Origin: a virus
Taxonomy: Duplodnaviria > Caudoviricetes
Length of the DNA: 64,000 nucleotides
Reading direction: 5' to 3' (one strand)
Virus record (IMG/VR): IMGVR_UViG_3300046615_000115
Location: 1 to 64,000 of that record
A model generated the notes under the pieces. The model was given only the letters and a program-made list of their open reading frames with translations, searched no databases and was not told the DNA's origin. Shown in pieces: positions 35,844-44,131 of this stretch (position 1 is the stretch's first letter; each line of letters begins with the position of its first letter). The translations under genes and the position numbers were made by a program.

Positions 35844-35880
35844 GGCCTTATGCCCTTCGGGGCATAAGGCCTTTTTACTT
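35844..35880 (+). terminator. Strong intrinsic terminator
   Basis: GGCCTTATGCCC-TTCG-GGGCATAAGGCC plus TTTTT. Confidence 0.9.
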
Positions 35881-35894
35881 TAGGAGAAAATAAA

Positions 35895-36194
35895 ATGCAA
35901 GCAGTAACCAAAGAAGACGTAACCTTAACTCGTGGCGAACGTGTGTTCCCAGAATTTGTAATCCAAGCCTTCAATGATGAAATCATTGCTGTATCGAATG
36001 GGCGAGTAGCAACCGTTGATCAGAATAAAGTTATGGAACGTATTCTAACCTTGAAACCGGAACTGACCCGTAACGAGGTTTTTGAAAACAAGTGGCTTGA
36101 CGTAGAAGAGTTTTATCGTAAAGCGGGTTGGAATGTTGTGTACGTGAAACCGGCATACTATGAAACCTTCGCCGCTTATTTTGTATTTAGTTGA
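35895..36194 (+). CDS. Conserved-type phage hypothetical protein
   Basis: WLDVEEFYRKAGWNV...KP motif; AGGAG RBS. Confidence 0.8.
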   Translation: MQAVTKEDVTLTRGERVFPEFVIQAFNDEIIAVSNGRVATVDQNKVMERILTLKPELTRNEVFENKWLDVEEFYRKAGWNVVYVKPAYYETFAAYFVFS

Positions 36195-36204
36195 GGAGGG
36201 TATA

Positions 36205-36867
36205 ATGCGCTTAATCCAACGACGTACACGAGTGAATTACTGGTCACTCAGTAAGTTCTCTAAACGAATCCGTAAAGCCTTTGGGCTTGCAAACCCTAAA
36301 TGGTACACTGTAGGCGATGGCCCTGATTCATTTGATGCACATGAACAACGCTGCAAAGATAAGGCCCCAATTGTACACTGGATTACGGGCAGAGGTTTTA
36401 ACAAGCTTCAGAACATTTGGCTGTTCGTCCCAGACTTGATCTACACAATCAAAGTAGCACCCATCTGGAAATTCTTCAGAACAGTGTATAAGCTTCGTAA
36501 ATCTTTATGGTATTATCGTTCATGGGATTATGGTGGACTCCTGTACTTGATGGAAGACGCTACAAAGGATATGTCCAATACGCATAAAAACTACGGACAC
36601 TTGATGCGTTCTGAAGAGACAGCTAAAGAGTTACTGATTGTATCTACACTGTTGAAACGGATTCGTGAAGACAAGTACACAGATGAAGTTCAAGGATGGA
36701 AATAAAAAGGTACTGGAATGTGGAGTGGAGGTTTTTATCAGAAGCCTAATACTTTACCGAGTATTAATGCTAATAAATTCTATAAGATGCGTGAAGCTGT
36801 AAAGAAAAATGATCTTGACTATCTGTGCAAGATTCTAAATCGTAAGTTATTCACATTTTGGGATTGA
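36205..36867 (+). pseudogene. Phage hypothetical gene with in-frame TAA at 36703-36705
   Basis: Frame stays open 53 codons beyond TAA and ends ...DLDYLCKILNRKLFTFWD. Confidence 0.65.
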
Positions 36868-36878
36868 GGGAAGTTAAA

Positions 36879-37061
36879 ATGAAAAGCTGGACAGAAGCAA
36901 TAGCCTCTATTATCTGCATCCTTACTATGTTGTTTGGGATGTATTTGTATCTGGATTTTAAAAGGGGCTTGGAAAATAGTCAGAAAGAAGTGTTGCAAGT
37001 GCCTCAGAAGAGTGTAGAGGTTAAGACGTTTGAATCTAAAGTAAATGAGACTAAGGAGTGA
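36879..37061 (+). CDS. Single-TM membrane protein
   Basis: Hydrophobic N-terminus; GAGGG RBS. Confidence 0.65.
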   Translation: MKSWTEAIASIICILTMLFGMYLYLDFKRGLENSQKEVLQVPQKSVEVKTFESKVNETKE

Positions 37062-37327
37062 AGAATTTGTTGTTCTGCCTCATGACTGCACAGATTGATT
37101 GTAAGGAAACTAGACATGCTCAGATTGTTATGAAGGAACTTGGAATCACATACCAACATGCAGTTCCTCAAAGCATCGCTGATTGTTGGAATTTCTTTAA
37201 TTGTGAGGGTAACATTGAAAACTTACCTCCGTACCTGATTGAGATGAAGAAAGGACCACAGGATTATGTAGGACATGGATTGAGTCAAGAGATGGCTGAT
37301 AAACTGACACAGGGTAGTAAAATTTAG
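37058..37327 (+). CDS. Hypothetical protein
   Basis: AAGGAG, GTG start. Confidence 0.7.
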   Translation: MKNLLFCLMTAQIDCKETRHAQIVMKELGITYQHAVPQSIADCWNFFNCEGNIENLPPYLIEMKKGPQDYVGHGLSQEMADKLTQGSKI

Positions 37328-37329
37328 GC

Positions 37330-37360
37330 AAAAGAAAGCCCCGACCGCGAGGAAGGGGCT
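37330..37360 (-). terminator. Terminator facing the late operon
   Basis: AGCCCC-12-GGGGCT then TTCTTTT on minus strand. Confidence 0.65.
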
Positions 37361-37434
37361 GAAGTCATTTCTGAGATTAGGCTTTGGCGAGCCTACGTCC
37401 GCATAGCGGTTATTGTTTTTAGAATTAGGTAAAG

Positions 37435-37983
37435 ATGACAGATAAATATAGTGATGAAAGAACACAAATACTTTTAGAGTCGATATACTATGATATGTTG
37501 ACAGGAGACTTTTATTGGAGAACCGAACGTCCTATCTCCCACTTCAAAAACCAGAAAGGTATGAACATGTGGTTAGGAAGGGATGCAGGTAAGCGAATAG
37601 AAGGATTACATCAGACCAACAAAAAGACTCCATACCCAAGAATTAGGTTTAATGGTCGCCTATACCTGTTACATAAAGTAGCTTGGAGGATATTGTATGG
37701 TGTTTGGCCTGAATCCGAGCTAGATCATATTGACAGAAACGGCGGGAATAATGTTCCAACTAATCTCAGACTTTCTAACAGGTTTCAACAAAATCAAAAT
37801 AAAGCTATTTATAAAACAAATAAACTAGGTATTGCAGGAGTATATAGACTAGGATCTAAAAGAGTTAGGTGGGGTGTGAGATATGGAATGATGACACTAA
37901 CTTTCACTGACGATTTCTTTGAAGCTTGTTGTGTTCGAAAAGCTTATGAGCATAAACTAGCATTAATTCACAGCCCCACTTAG
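37435..37983 (+). CDS. HNH_3 + AP2-like homing endonuclease
   Basis: LHKVAW...LDHIDRNGGNNVPTNLR; NKLGIAGV. Confidence 0.85.
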   Translation: MTDKYSDERTQILLESIYYDMLTGDFYWRTERPISHFKNQKGMNMWLGRDAGKRIEGLHQTNKKTPYPRIRFNGRLYLLHKVAWRILYGVWPESELDHIDRNGGNNVPTNLRLSNRFQQNQNKAIYKTNKLGIAGVYRLGSKRVRWGVRYGMMTLTFTDDFFEACCVRKAYEHKLALIHSPT

Positions 37984-37998
37984 GGGCTGTTTATATTT
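37970..37998. terminator. Hairpin at convergent junction
   Basis: ACAGCCCC-ACTTA-GGGGCTGT plus TTATATTT. Confidence 0.65.
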
Positions 37999-38309
37999 CC
38001 TATCGTTTGTATATTGTTCTGAATCATCTTCTGATTATTCTTCCTGTCAGCTTGCAAAGCCTTAACTTGCTGTTCAAGAATATAAACTTTCTGACTCATA
38101 CCAATCTGATAAGAATCTTGGGATTCTAATCCCTTATTAATTTTAGTTTCCAAGTACATAACGTTATTGGACATCACCTGCTGAGATTCTTTTCTCAGGG
38201 CCTCAACTTCATTACTATTACTGTTTGAAGAAAACCTATCTGTCAGGATAACCAAGGCAGCTAGGAGAAGTAAGAACTGGGAAGTTCTCTCAAGAAATGT
38301 CCACACCAA
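37980..38309 (-). CDS. Single-TM coiled-coil protein at end of lysis cassette
   Basis: N-terminal TM plus helical domain. Confidence 0.7.
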   Translation of the reverse strand: MVWTFLERTSQFLLLLAALVILTDRFSSNSNSNEVEALRKESQQVMSNNVMYLETKINKGLESQDSYQIGMSQKVYILEQQVKALQADRKNNQKMIQNNIQTIGNINSP

Positions 38310-38322
38310 AACAACCTCCTTA

Positions 38323-38595
38323 TCATTTTGTTTGCCTGTTATAAGGACTCTGTAAACTAATCAAAATATCGAGCCTACCATTAACGTCTGCACGGATAGC
38401 TTCTACACTTTTAGTGAGCCTGTCTTCAAGGACTTTAGCTTTCTCTTCAGTAAACATCTGACCTTGCATAGTGTACATCCTATCTTCCATCTTTTGTTGG
38501 GCATTGTATTGCCAACCAACAATCAGAAAGAGGGAGCCTAGTGCTAGCTTCTCAAGAATCGCTGCAAGTTTAACTTCACTATTTGGTTGTGTCAT
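38323..38595 (-). CDS. Single-TM coiled-coil protein in lysis cassette
   Basis: LALGSLFLIVGWQY TM. Confidence 0.7.
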   Translation of the reverse strand: MTQPNSEVKLAAILEKLALGSLFLIVGWQYNAQQKMEDRMYTMQGQMFTEEKAKVLEDRLTKSVEAIRADVNGRLDILISLQSPYNRQTK

Positions 38596-38848
38596 AAATC
38601 TTTCCTTGTGCAGCTTTCCATTTACGCTGTTTCTCTAAGAGCAACTTGTAATCAAACACACAACCAGTATTCTTTACGTATCCAATACTAAGAGAACGAA
38701 CAGTGTCTCCAGCAGGAACAACACCACACGGATCGACCATTAAACTATCTGGCATCATTAGCGGAACTTCCTTGGTGACTATTAATTGCCTCGGAGAGCA
38801 TCCGCTGCAAATCAACAGGCAGCTTAGAATCAATATCAATTTCTGCAT
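38579..38848 (-). CDS. o-spanin (Rz1-like lipoprotein)
   Basis: Signal with lipobox CSGC, Pro-rich, overlaps i-spanin 3' end in another frame. Confidence 0.8.
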   Translation of the reverse strand: MQKLILILSCLLICSGCSPRQLIVTKEVPLMMPDSLMVDPCGVVPAGDTVRSLSIGYVKNTGCVFDYKLLLEKQRKWKAAQGKIYDTTK

Positions 38849-39143
38849 CTTGGTTTACCTGTGGAGCTTTCTTAGGAAGACTGTCAATCTTGGAAACAGT
38901 GTCCTGAACTTTACCTTGCATCACTTGCTTCTCAGCTTGATATTCAGACGTAACAGAATCACTTATTTCACAGGATTTAATCTGTAAGTTGAGGGACTTT
39001 TCACTGTCTGCAAGACGATCCTGAGCTTCATGGAGTGCTTGTACTGCTGCACCTTTTTGCTCGCTCAGATCATAACTAATGTAGCCAAATATGCCTGTTG
39101 AACAGATGAAGAAGAGAAGAGCACCAATAAGAATGTTATTCAT
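38745..39143 (-). CDS. i-spanin (Rz-like)
   Basis: N-terminal TM plus coiled coil next to endolysin and holin. Confidence 0.8.
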   Translation of the reverse strand: MNNILIGALLFFICSTGIFGYISYDLSEQKGAAVQALHEAQDRLADSEKSLNLQIKSCEISDSVTSEYQAEKQVMQGKVQDTVSKIDSLPKKAPQVNQDAEIDIDSKLPVDLQRMLSEAINSHQGSSANDAR

Positions 39144-39369
39144 CAGGTGTTTCTTCTATATTATTATCTGTCTGATCGATAAATCTGCCCAAGCCGCCTA
39201 GAACAGCAAAGATGATTACTAGAGTGGCCAAGACAGGCATTGACAGACCTGAGCCCAAGACACCAAGTGCAGACAGCCCAGTGACAGAGATTGCACTCAG
39301 CAAAATTCCTACAAGAGAGATGAAGCTATAACTTTTAAGGTGCTTCTGCCAATTACTTATTAGTTTCAT
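39136..39369 (-). CDS. Holin (probably pinholin)
   Basis: Two TMs, MKLISNW..K.YS start, RFIDQ tail, next to SAR endolysin. Confidence 0.7.
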   Translation of the reverse strand: MKLISNWQKHLKSYSFISLVGILLSAISVTGLSALGVLGSGLSMPVLATLVIIFAVLGGLGRFIDQTDNNIEETPDE

Positions 39370-39880
39370 TTACAGCCTCCTTTACTTCCAAGGGAACTTC
39401 GCCCATGCAAAACTGATACTCTTTGGTACGTCTAGTGACAAGCCCATTGAGCTTTTTACCTTTCGCATAAATCCACTTAGTAAGTTCTAGACAAGCACCA
39501 CCATAGTTACCAGCATTCAATCTCTTCAGCATTGTACTAGATGAGAAATTACCAATACCAACATTATAAACAAATGACAACATTGCAGCATGTTGGTAAT
39601 CAGACTTAAATGGAACCTTCACAACAGACATTAGTTGCTTATCGTGCTTGATAAGATCTTCAGCAAATACTTTATCACATTGATCTACAGTGAAGGTTTG
39701 ACCCAACTTAAGTTCTGGTCCTGTGTGACCTCTACAACTTGTGATGATGTTTACAGGGTCTAGATAAGTTTTAGTTACAAGACCCTCCGAGGGTGCAATC
39801 AAGAACGCACCTGCAAGGGCGAGTGATGAGGCCAAACCAACCCCAAGAAGTTTTTTATACAAATTAGAATTGGTTGACAT
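39353..39880 (-). CDS. SAR endolysin, GH24 lysozyme
   Basis: Gly/Ala-rich SAR helix; E32-D41-T47 triad with T4 lysozyme spacing; GLVTRR. Confidence 0.9.
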   Translation of the reverse strand: MSTNSNLYKKLLGVGLASSLALAGAFLIAPSEGLVTKTYLDPVNIITSCRGHTGPELKLGQTFTVDQCDKVFAEDLIKHDKQLMSVVKVPFKSDYQHAAMLSFVYNVGIGNFSSSTMLKRLNAGNYGGACLELTKWIYAKGKKLNGLVTRRTKEYQFCMGEVPLEVKEAVNETNK

Positions 39881-39894
39881 ACCTCACCCTTCCA

Positions 39895-40890
39895 TTAAGT
39901 TTGACTTACCCTCCCGACAAATACGCCGGGAAAGCTCTGAGTATTATAAGCAATATTAAACCTGTCTAGGTTTAGGTTTTGTACTGAAGTGTTGATTGTA
40001 GTACCATCAGTCCAAATAGGAACTGAGTTTCCATCATTAGGCAACCCATATCTACCAGCCAAGTACCCAAGAGAAACATTAGTATTAATACTCCCTCCCG
40101 TTACCACAAGAGGGTAACCACCCGTAAGTCCAGACTTTAATATAGAGATTTCAGTATTTCGGCAGTTTCTAATGTAGACACCATGACTACCAACAGTATC
40201 AGCCATGAATTGTTGAATGGTGGTAGCGTCACAGTTTTCTAGATATAAACCTAACTGCCCAGCCATACTACCACTAGTGGCATTACCGGTAACATCCCCA
40301 TAGTCTAATAGCAAGCCTTGGCTATTTAAGATGGTCCATGCTGGTGTATTAGCCAGAGCAAGACTTGTAGTGTTGATATAATCTGCTGTACAGCGAGTGA
40401 GGGAGGTGTAGGCATAGCATCTGGTCAAGTAACTGGCCCTTCCTCTGTGCTGGCGAGCCTTTACATCTTCCATTTGAAGACCAACCACAATGCCGGATTG
40501 GCCGTCATCAGCAATTAAACCTCTACTATGATAGGTTTGTACATTGCTGATCTTAATCCTGTCCCTTGATGTACTGGTATCAATGAGGAACGTATACCCA
40601 CCCGTAGAAGATTGTTCATTGGTGATCAACCCTTTCACTTCTAATTGAGTACCAGCTAAAAGAAACAAGTGGTCTAACCCATTCTTTACAATACTGTGAA
40701 CTCCAACAGAACTGGTCCAGTTACTTCCTGTCGTCATTGTGATCTTGAAGCCATTAGTAATAAAGGTTGTACCGGGATCAATAATTATTGATGAACGAAC
40801 AAGCAATGGTTCATCAATAACATAAGTACCATAATCAACCTTTATTACACCGCCGATTTTACAATTTACTTCTTGAGTAAAATCACTCAT
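39895..40890 (-). CDS. Parallel beta-helix (pectate-lyase-like) protein, putative depolymerase
   Basis: KVDYGTYVIDEPL start, periodic short beta-strands, NC/Asn repeats. Confidence 0.6.
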   Translation of the reverse strand: MSDFTQEVNCKIGGVIKVDYGTYVIDEPLLVRSSIIIDPGTTFITNGFKITMTTGSNWTSSVGVHSIVKNGLDHLFLLAGTQLEVKGLITNEQSSTGGYTFLIDTSTSRDRIKISNVQTYHSRGLIADDGQSGIVVGLQMEDVKARQHRGRASYLTRCYAYTSLTRCTADYINTTSLALANTPAWTILNSQGLLLDYGDVTGNATSGSMAGQLGLYLENCDATTIQQFMADTVGSHGVYIRNCRNTEISILKSGLTGGYPLVVTGGSINTNVSLGYLAGRYGLPNDGNSVPIWTDGTTINTSVQNLNLDRFNIAYNTQSFPGVFVGRVSQT

Positions 40891-41294
40891 AGACTAGCTT
40901 CTAAATTAGCATACTCGTCTTCCAGTGCAACTAAGATGTCTTTGTCTTGTTGACTACCACCATCGGCTGCGATCTTACGTAGGAATTTGACTGACAAAGC
41001 ATCAATTTGGACCATCCTTGCAATTATAGCTAAGATAGGATCTACGGTTGGAACAACAGCCGGTGCGAACACACCATCGACATATGTCCAATTTGGTTGA
41101 GGTTGTGGGATAATATCTGTAATATCTATTAGTGTGGCCACAATCTCTGCGGTAAATCTTTCTTCAATAGGTATTTCCAATCCAATTCTACTCGGCTCGC
41201 CTTCTTGCCTGTCTGGATGCTCTGCGTCATAAAATGCAGGTAGAATCAATTCCGCAAAAGTGTTATCAGTAATACGAGCATAGGTTTTAGGCAT
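40887..41294 (-). CDS. Tail fibre assembly chaperone-like protein
   Basis: PQPNWTYVDGVFAP motif; follows fibre gene. Confidence 0.65.
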   Translation of the reverse strand: MPKTYARITDNTFAELILPAFYDAEHPDRQEGEPSRIGLEIPIEERFTAEIVATLIDITDIIPQPQPNWTYVDGVFAPAVVPTVDPILAIIARMVQIDALSVKFLRKIAADGGSQQDKDILVALEDEYANLEASL

Positions 41295-42613
41295 TATGCA
41301 TACTCCCATATAACAATTTGCCCGGCTTTACCACTACCACCAGAGGAGTTAGTGCCGACTGAGGGGTTGTTACTGCCACCACTGCCACCACTACCGGGTG
41401 TTTCACCGGCATTGCCGACCTGAGTGCCTGATGTAAGAAATCCGCCTTCCCCGTAATAGCTAAACCCACCCTTGCCACTGATTGGAGGGTTACTGTAGAA
41501 ACTAGGACTTCCAGCACCGCCACGCGCATTGAAGTCCCCACCGGAGCCAATACCACCTACAGAACCTCCGTTGAATGTATTAGAGTTGACAGCCGCAGCG
41601 ATATTACCACCAGCACCACCGCCGGAAGCTGAAACCAAACCACCAAAAGAAGTAGACCCGCCAGCCACAGCGGCTGTACCGCCAGCACCGATGGTCATAG
41701 TGACGCCACTGAATCCTGTGGTAATTCGCTTACGAGCATATCCACCGCCAGCGCCACCTGATCCTGCACTTACCTGAGATGCTGTGGTAGGTAGAGCAGT
41801 GCCACCACCACCACCACCACCTACGAGTTCAACCTCAATAAAATTAGTACCCGCTGTCGGGGTATATGTGCCTGTGGAAGTTATCGTCTGAATATTCAAA
41901 AGCCGCCCAGTCGCTTGTCCAAGCTGCAAAGCATGGTTTGATTTAGTAGCTGCTGCTACTTGCAAACCACCACCACTTGCTGCAAGTAATACCCAAGAAC
42001 CACCGCCAATGGAGCTGTTCCATTGCAACCACAGATCACTATTAGCTACAATTTCACCACCTTGCAGGGCTGTATGCCCAGACCCCACAACAGCTGCTGC
42101 CGTAATAACGCCATTCGCCGGTGTGAAGGTTGATGCCCCTGTGTTAGCATTGAGTGCTTTTATTTTAAGCACCATACCATCAACAACAGCCTTGACCACT
42201 GGACTAAAGTCTGCTTTATAGGTGTTGGCTGTACCAGTATCTAACGCATATACATTAGAGCCTGTTTGGTTTTTAAACGCCAACTTCCAATAGGTGTTTG
42301 TTGTATCTGTAGTTGGGTTTTGGTTCAAACTATCAGCTTCGGCTACATATATAAGCCCATCACTCCCTTGTACATAGGAACGTACACCAGAGGTAGTAAA
42401 ATAATAGTTAGATGCAGCATCCCACTCACTAATACCCTTCTGGAACAAGTGTAGAATTGCATTGTCTTGACGATTCTGTGACCAGTTTTCCCATTGGAAA
42501 GGTGGTACTTCAGCAGTCCAACCAGTCTGAATTTTAACATTACTCGGAGCTACAATAGAGCCACCAGACGACCATTGGTAAGAGAAATCGGGTTTTGAAA
42601 CTTCGTTTGCCAT
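41294..42613 (-). CDS. Tail fibre protein with Gly-rich C-terminal domain
   Basis: Baseplate-anchor N-terminus (PPFQWENW), GGGGGGG/SGGAGGG repeats. Confidence 0.85.
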   Translation of the reverse strand: MANEVSKPDFSYQWSSGGSIVAPSNVKIQTGWTAEVPPFQWENWSQNRQDNAILHLFQKGISEWDAASNYYFTTSGVRSYVQGSDGLIYVAEADSLNQNPTTDTTNTYWKLAFKNQTGSNVYALDTGTANTYKADFSPVVKAVVDGMVLKIKALNANTGASTFTPANGVITAAAVVGSGHTALQGGEIVANSDLWLQWNSSIGGGSWVLLAASGGGLQVAAATKSNHALQLGQATGRLLNIQTITSTGTYTPTAGTNFIEVELVGGGGGGGTALPTTASQVSAGSGGAGGGYARKRITTGFSGVTMTIGAGGTAAVAGGSTSFGGLVSASGGGAGGNIAAAVNSNTFNGGSVGGIGSGGDFNARGGAGSPSFYSNPPISGKGGFSYYGEGGFLTSGTQVGNAGETPGSGGSGGSNNPSVGTNSSGGSGKAGQIVIWEYA

Positions 42614-42626
42614 TTAATTAAAATCC

Positions 42627-42654
42627 TTGACTTTACGGGAATTTGTTTTATACT
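42627..42654 (+). promoter_or_regulatory. sigma70 promoter for antisense HNH gene
   Basis: TTGACT-16-TATACT; -35 overlaps the fibre-gene RBS on the opposite strand. Confidence 0.6.
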
Positions 42655-42688
42655 CAACCATTCAAAACAAACTACTAGGAGTTTTATT

Positions 42689-43360
42689 GTGACGAGAGTT
42701 GTTAGAGGCATTGCTATAAATGATACTGAAATCTGTGGACCTGCGTGCACAACCCGCGATGAGTATGGCAGGAAACAAAATTACCCAGACTATGCCTTGT
42801 GGTACGGTATGCTTGTTCGGTGTACTTGTGAGAAAACTAAACAGAGAAACCCCACCTATAAGTGTGTAACTTGCCATCCAGAATGGTTACTTCGCTCAAA
42901 CTTTAAATTGTGGTACAACGAACAACCTTGTTATTTGTCTATGGACGGCACTCGTTTGGACTTAGATAAAGATATTCTAGTCAGAGGTAATACCGAGTAT
43001 GGACCCGATAGATGTTGCCTTGTACCAAGATATCTCAATACTATATTGGGTTCTGGTCTACACTCATCCTCTGGTATGCCAATGTGGGTAACATTCCAAC
43101 CAGAGGTCAACTCCTTAAATCCTTACAGGTCATCAATGAGCGGTATCAACAGTAATTATTTACATGTTGGCTGTTTCCCCACAGCTCTGGATGCACACAA
43201 AGCTGCGCAATTGGCAAAAGCAGAAGTGATTAGTCATACTATAGAACATAAATACAAGTTGGAGCCAAGTTATCGACAAGACGTTGCACAAGCTCTTAGA
43301 GACAGAGTAGACCAACTTCTCTCGGATGCTGCAAATAATATTGAGACTAAACTCCTCTAG
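42689..43360 (+). CDS. HNH homing endonuclease, antisense to late operon
   Basis: WYGMLVRC; LDKDILVRGNTEYGPDRCCLVP. Confidence 0.8.
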   Translation: MTRVVRGIAINDTEICGPACTTRDEYGRKQNYPDYALWYGMLVRCTCEKTKQRNPTYKCVTCHPEWLLRSNFKLWYNEQPCYLSMDGTRLDLDKDILVRGNTEYGPDRCCLVPRYLNTILGSGLHSSSGMPMWVTFQPEVNSLNPYRSSMSGINSNYLHVGCFPTALDAHKAAQLAKAEVISHTIEHKYKLEPSYRQDVAQALRDRVDQLLSDAANNIETKLL

Positions 43361-44122
43361 TTAGAGGAGTTGCCCATATTGGCCACCCACAGATAAATCA
43401 CTTAAGTCCCCATAGCCTTTAGCATTCAGGGCACCTTGAAAACCAAAATAATCTTCGGCTATAAACTCTCCAAAATTAATCCTTACGCCAATAGGTTTTG
43501 GAATAAATCTTGAAGGGTATCCTGAAGAATAAGATGTGTATGTAAGCAACACTTTCTCAAAACTAGATAACTCACGACCTAGCATTACAGTAACTTCTGC
43601 ATTACCTTCAGCGACTACCAAACTCAAGTCAATACCGAAAATGAATTGCATAAATTGTATGAATTGGTTAGGTGTCACGTTGGTGCTATTCTTAACAATC
43701 TTAGCTTTAATGAACAAACGGTACTGTTCATCTGTAAGTAGTGTGTTACCAGCTAATGGATTGTTAATGTCATAGTACGGACCACCAAGCGCAGAATTGT
43801 CTAAGTCACCATAAGATTGAGCATCGGGATATCCTTGAAACGCAAAGAAAACAAGAAGTGCTGTATCAATAAGTTCTCTAGGTTGACCTACAATCTCCCC
43901 TATAATATCTAGCTGAGCACCAACAGCGGTGTCGAGGGAGCGCTCTTGCATGAGTTGGCGGAAGACTTCTTGAAGTTCAATCTTCCCACCAATGAGCAGT
44001 TGGAGGTACTTGTCGAACACGATTGGTCCAGAACCATCAGCGTCTAACATAAATTGTTGCGTCACCCGTGAGCGGGCAACAGCAAGGTAATCCTCAACAT
44101 TGAAAATGTTCAACTCCGACAT
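43361..44122 (-). CDS. DUF2612-family baseplate wedge protein
   Basis: AVGAQLDIIGEIVG; LTDEQYRLFIKAKI. Confidence 0.8.
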   Translation of the reverse strand: MSELNIFNVEDYLAVARSRVTQQFMLDADGSGPIVFDKYLQLLIGGKIELQEVFRQLMQERSLDTAVGAQLDIIGEIVGQPRELIDTALLVFFAFQGYPDAQSYGDLDNSALGGPYYDINNPLAGNTLLTDEQYRLFIKAKIVKNSTNVTPNQFIQFMQFIFGIDLSLVVAEGNAEVTVMLGRELSSFEKVLLTYTSYSSGYPSRFIPKPIGVRINFGEFIAEDYFGFQGALNAKGYGDLSDLSVGGQYGQLL

Positions 44123-44131
44123 GAGAACTCC

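Noticed and set aside
37334-37375. Hammerhead-like GAAA-stem-CTGA
   Set aside because: The N17 position is G and there is no proper CUGANGA; explained as a minus-strand terminator
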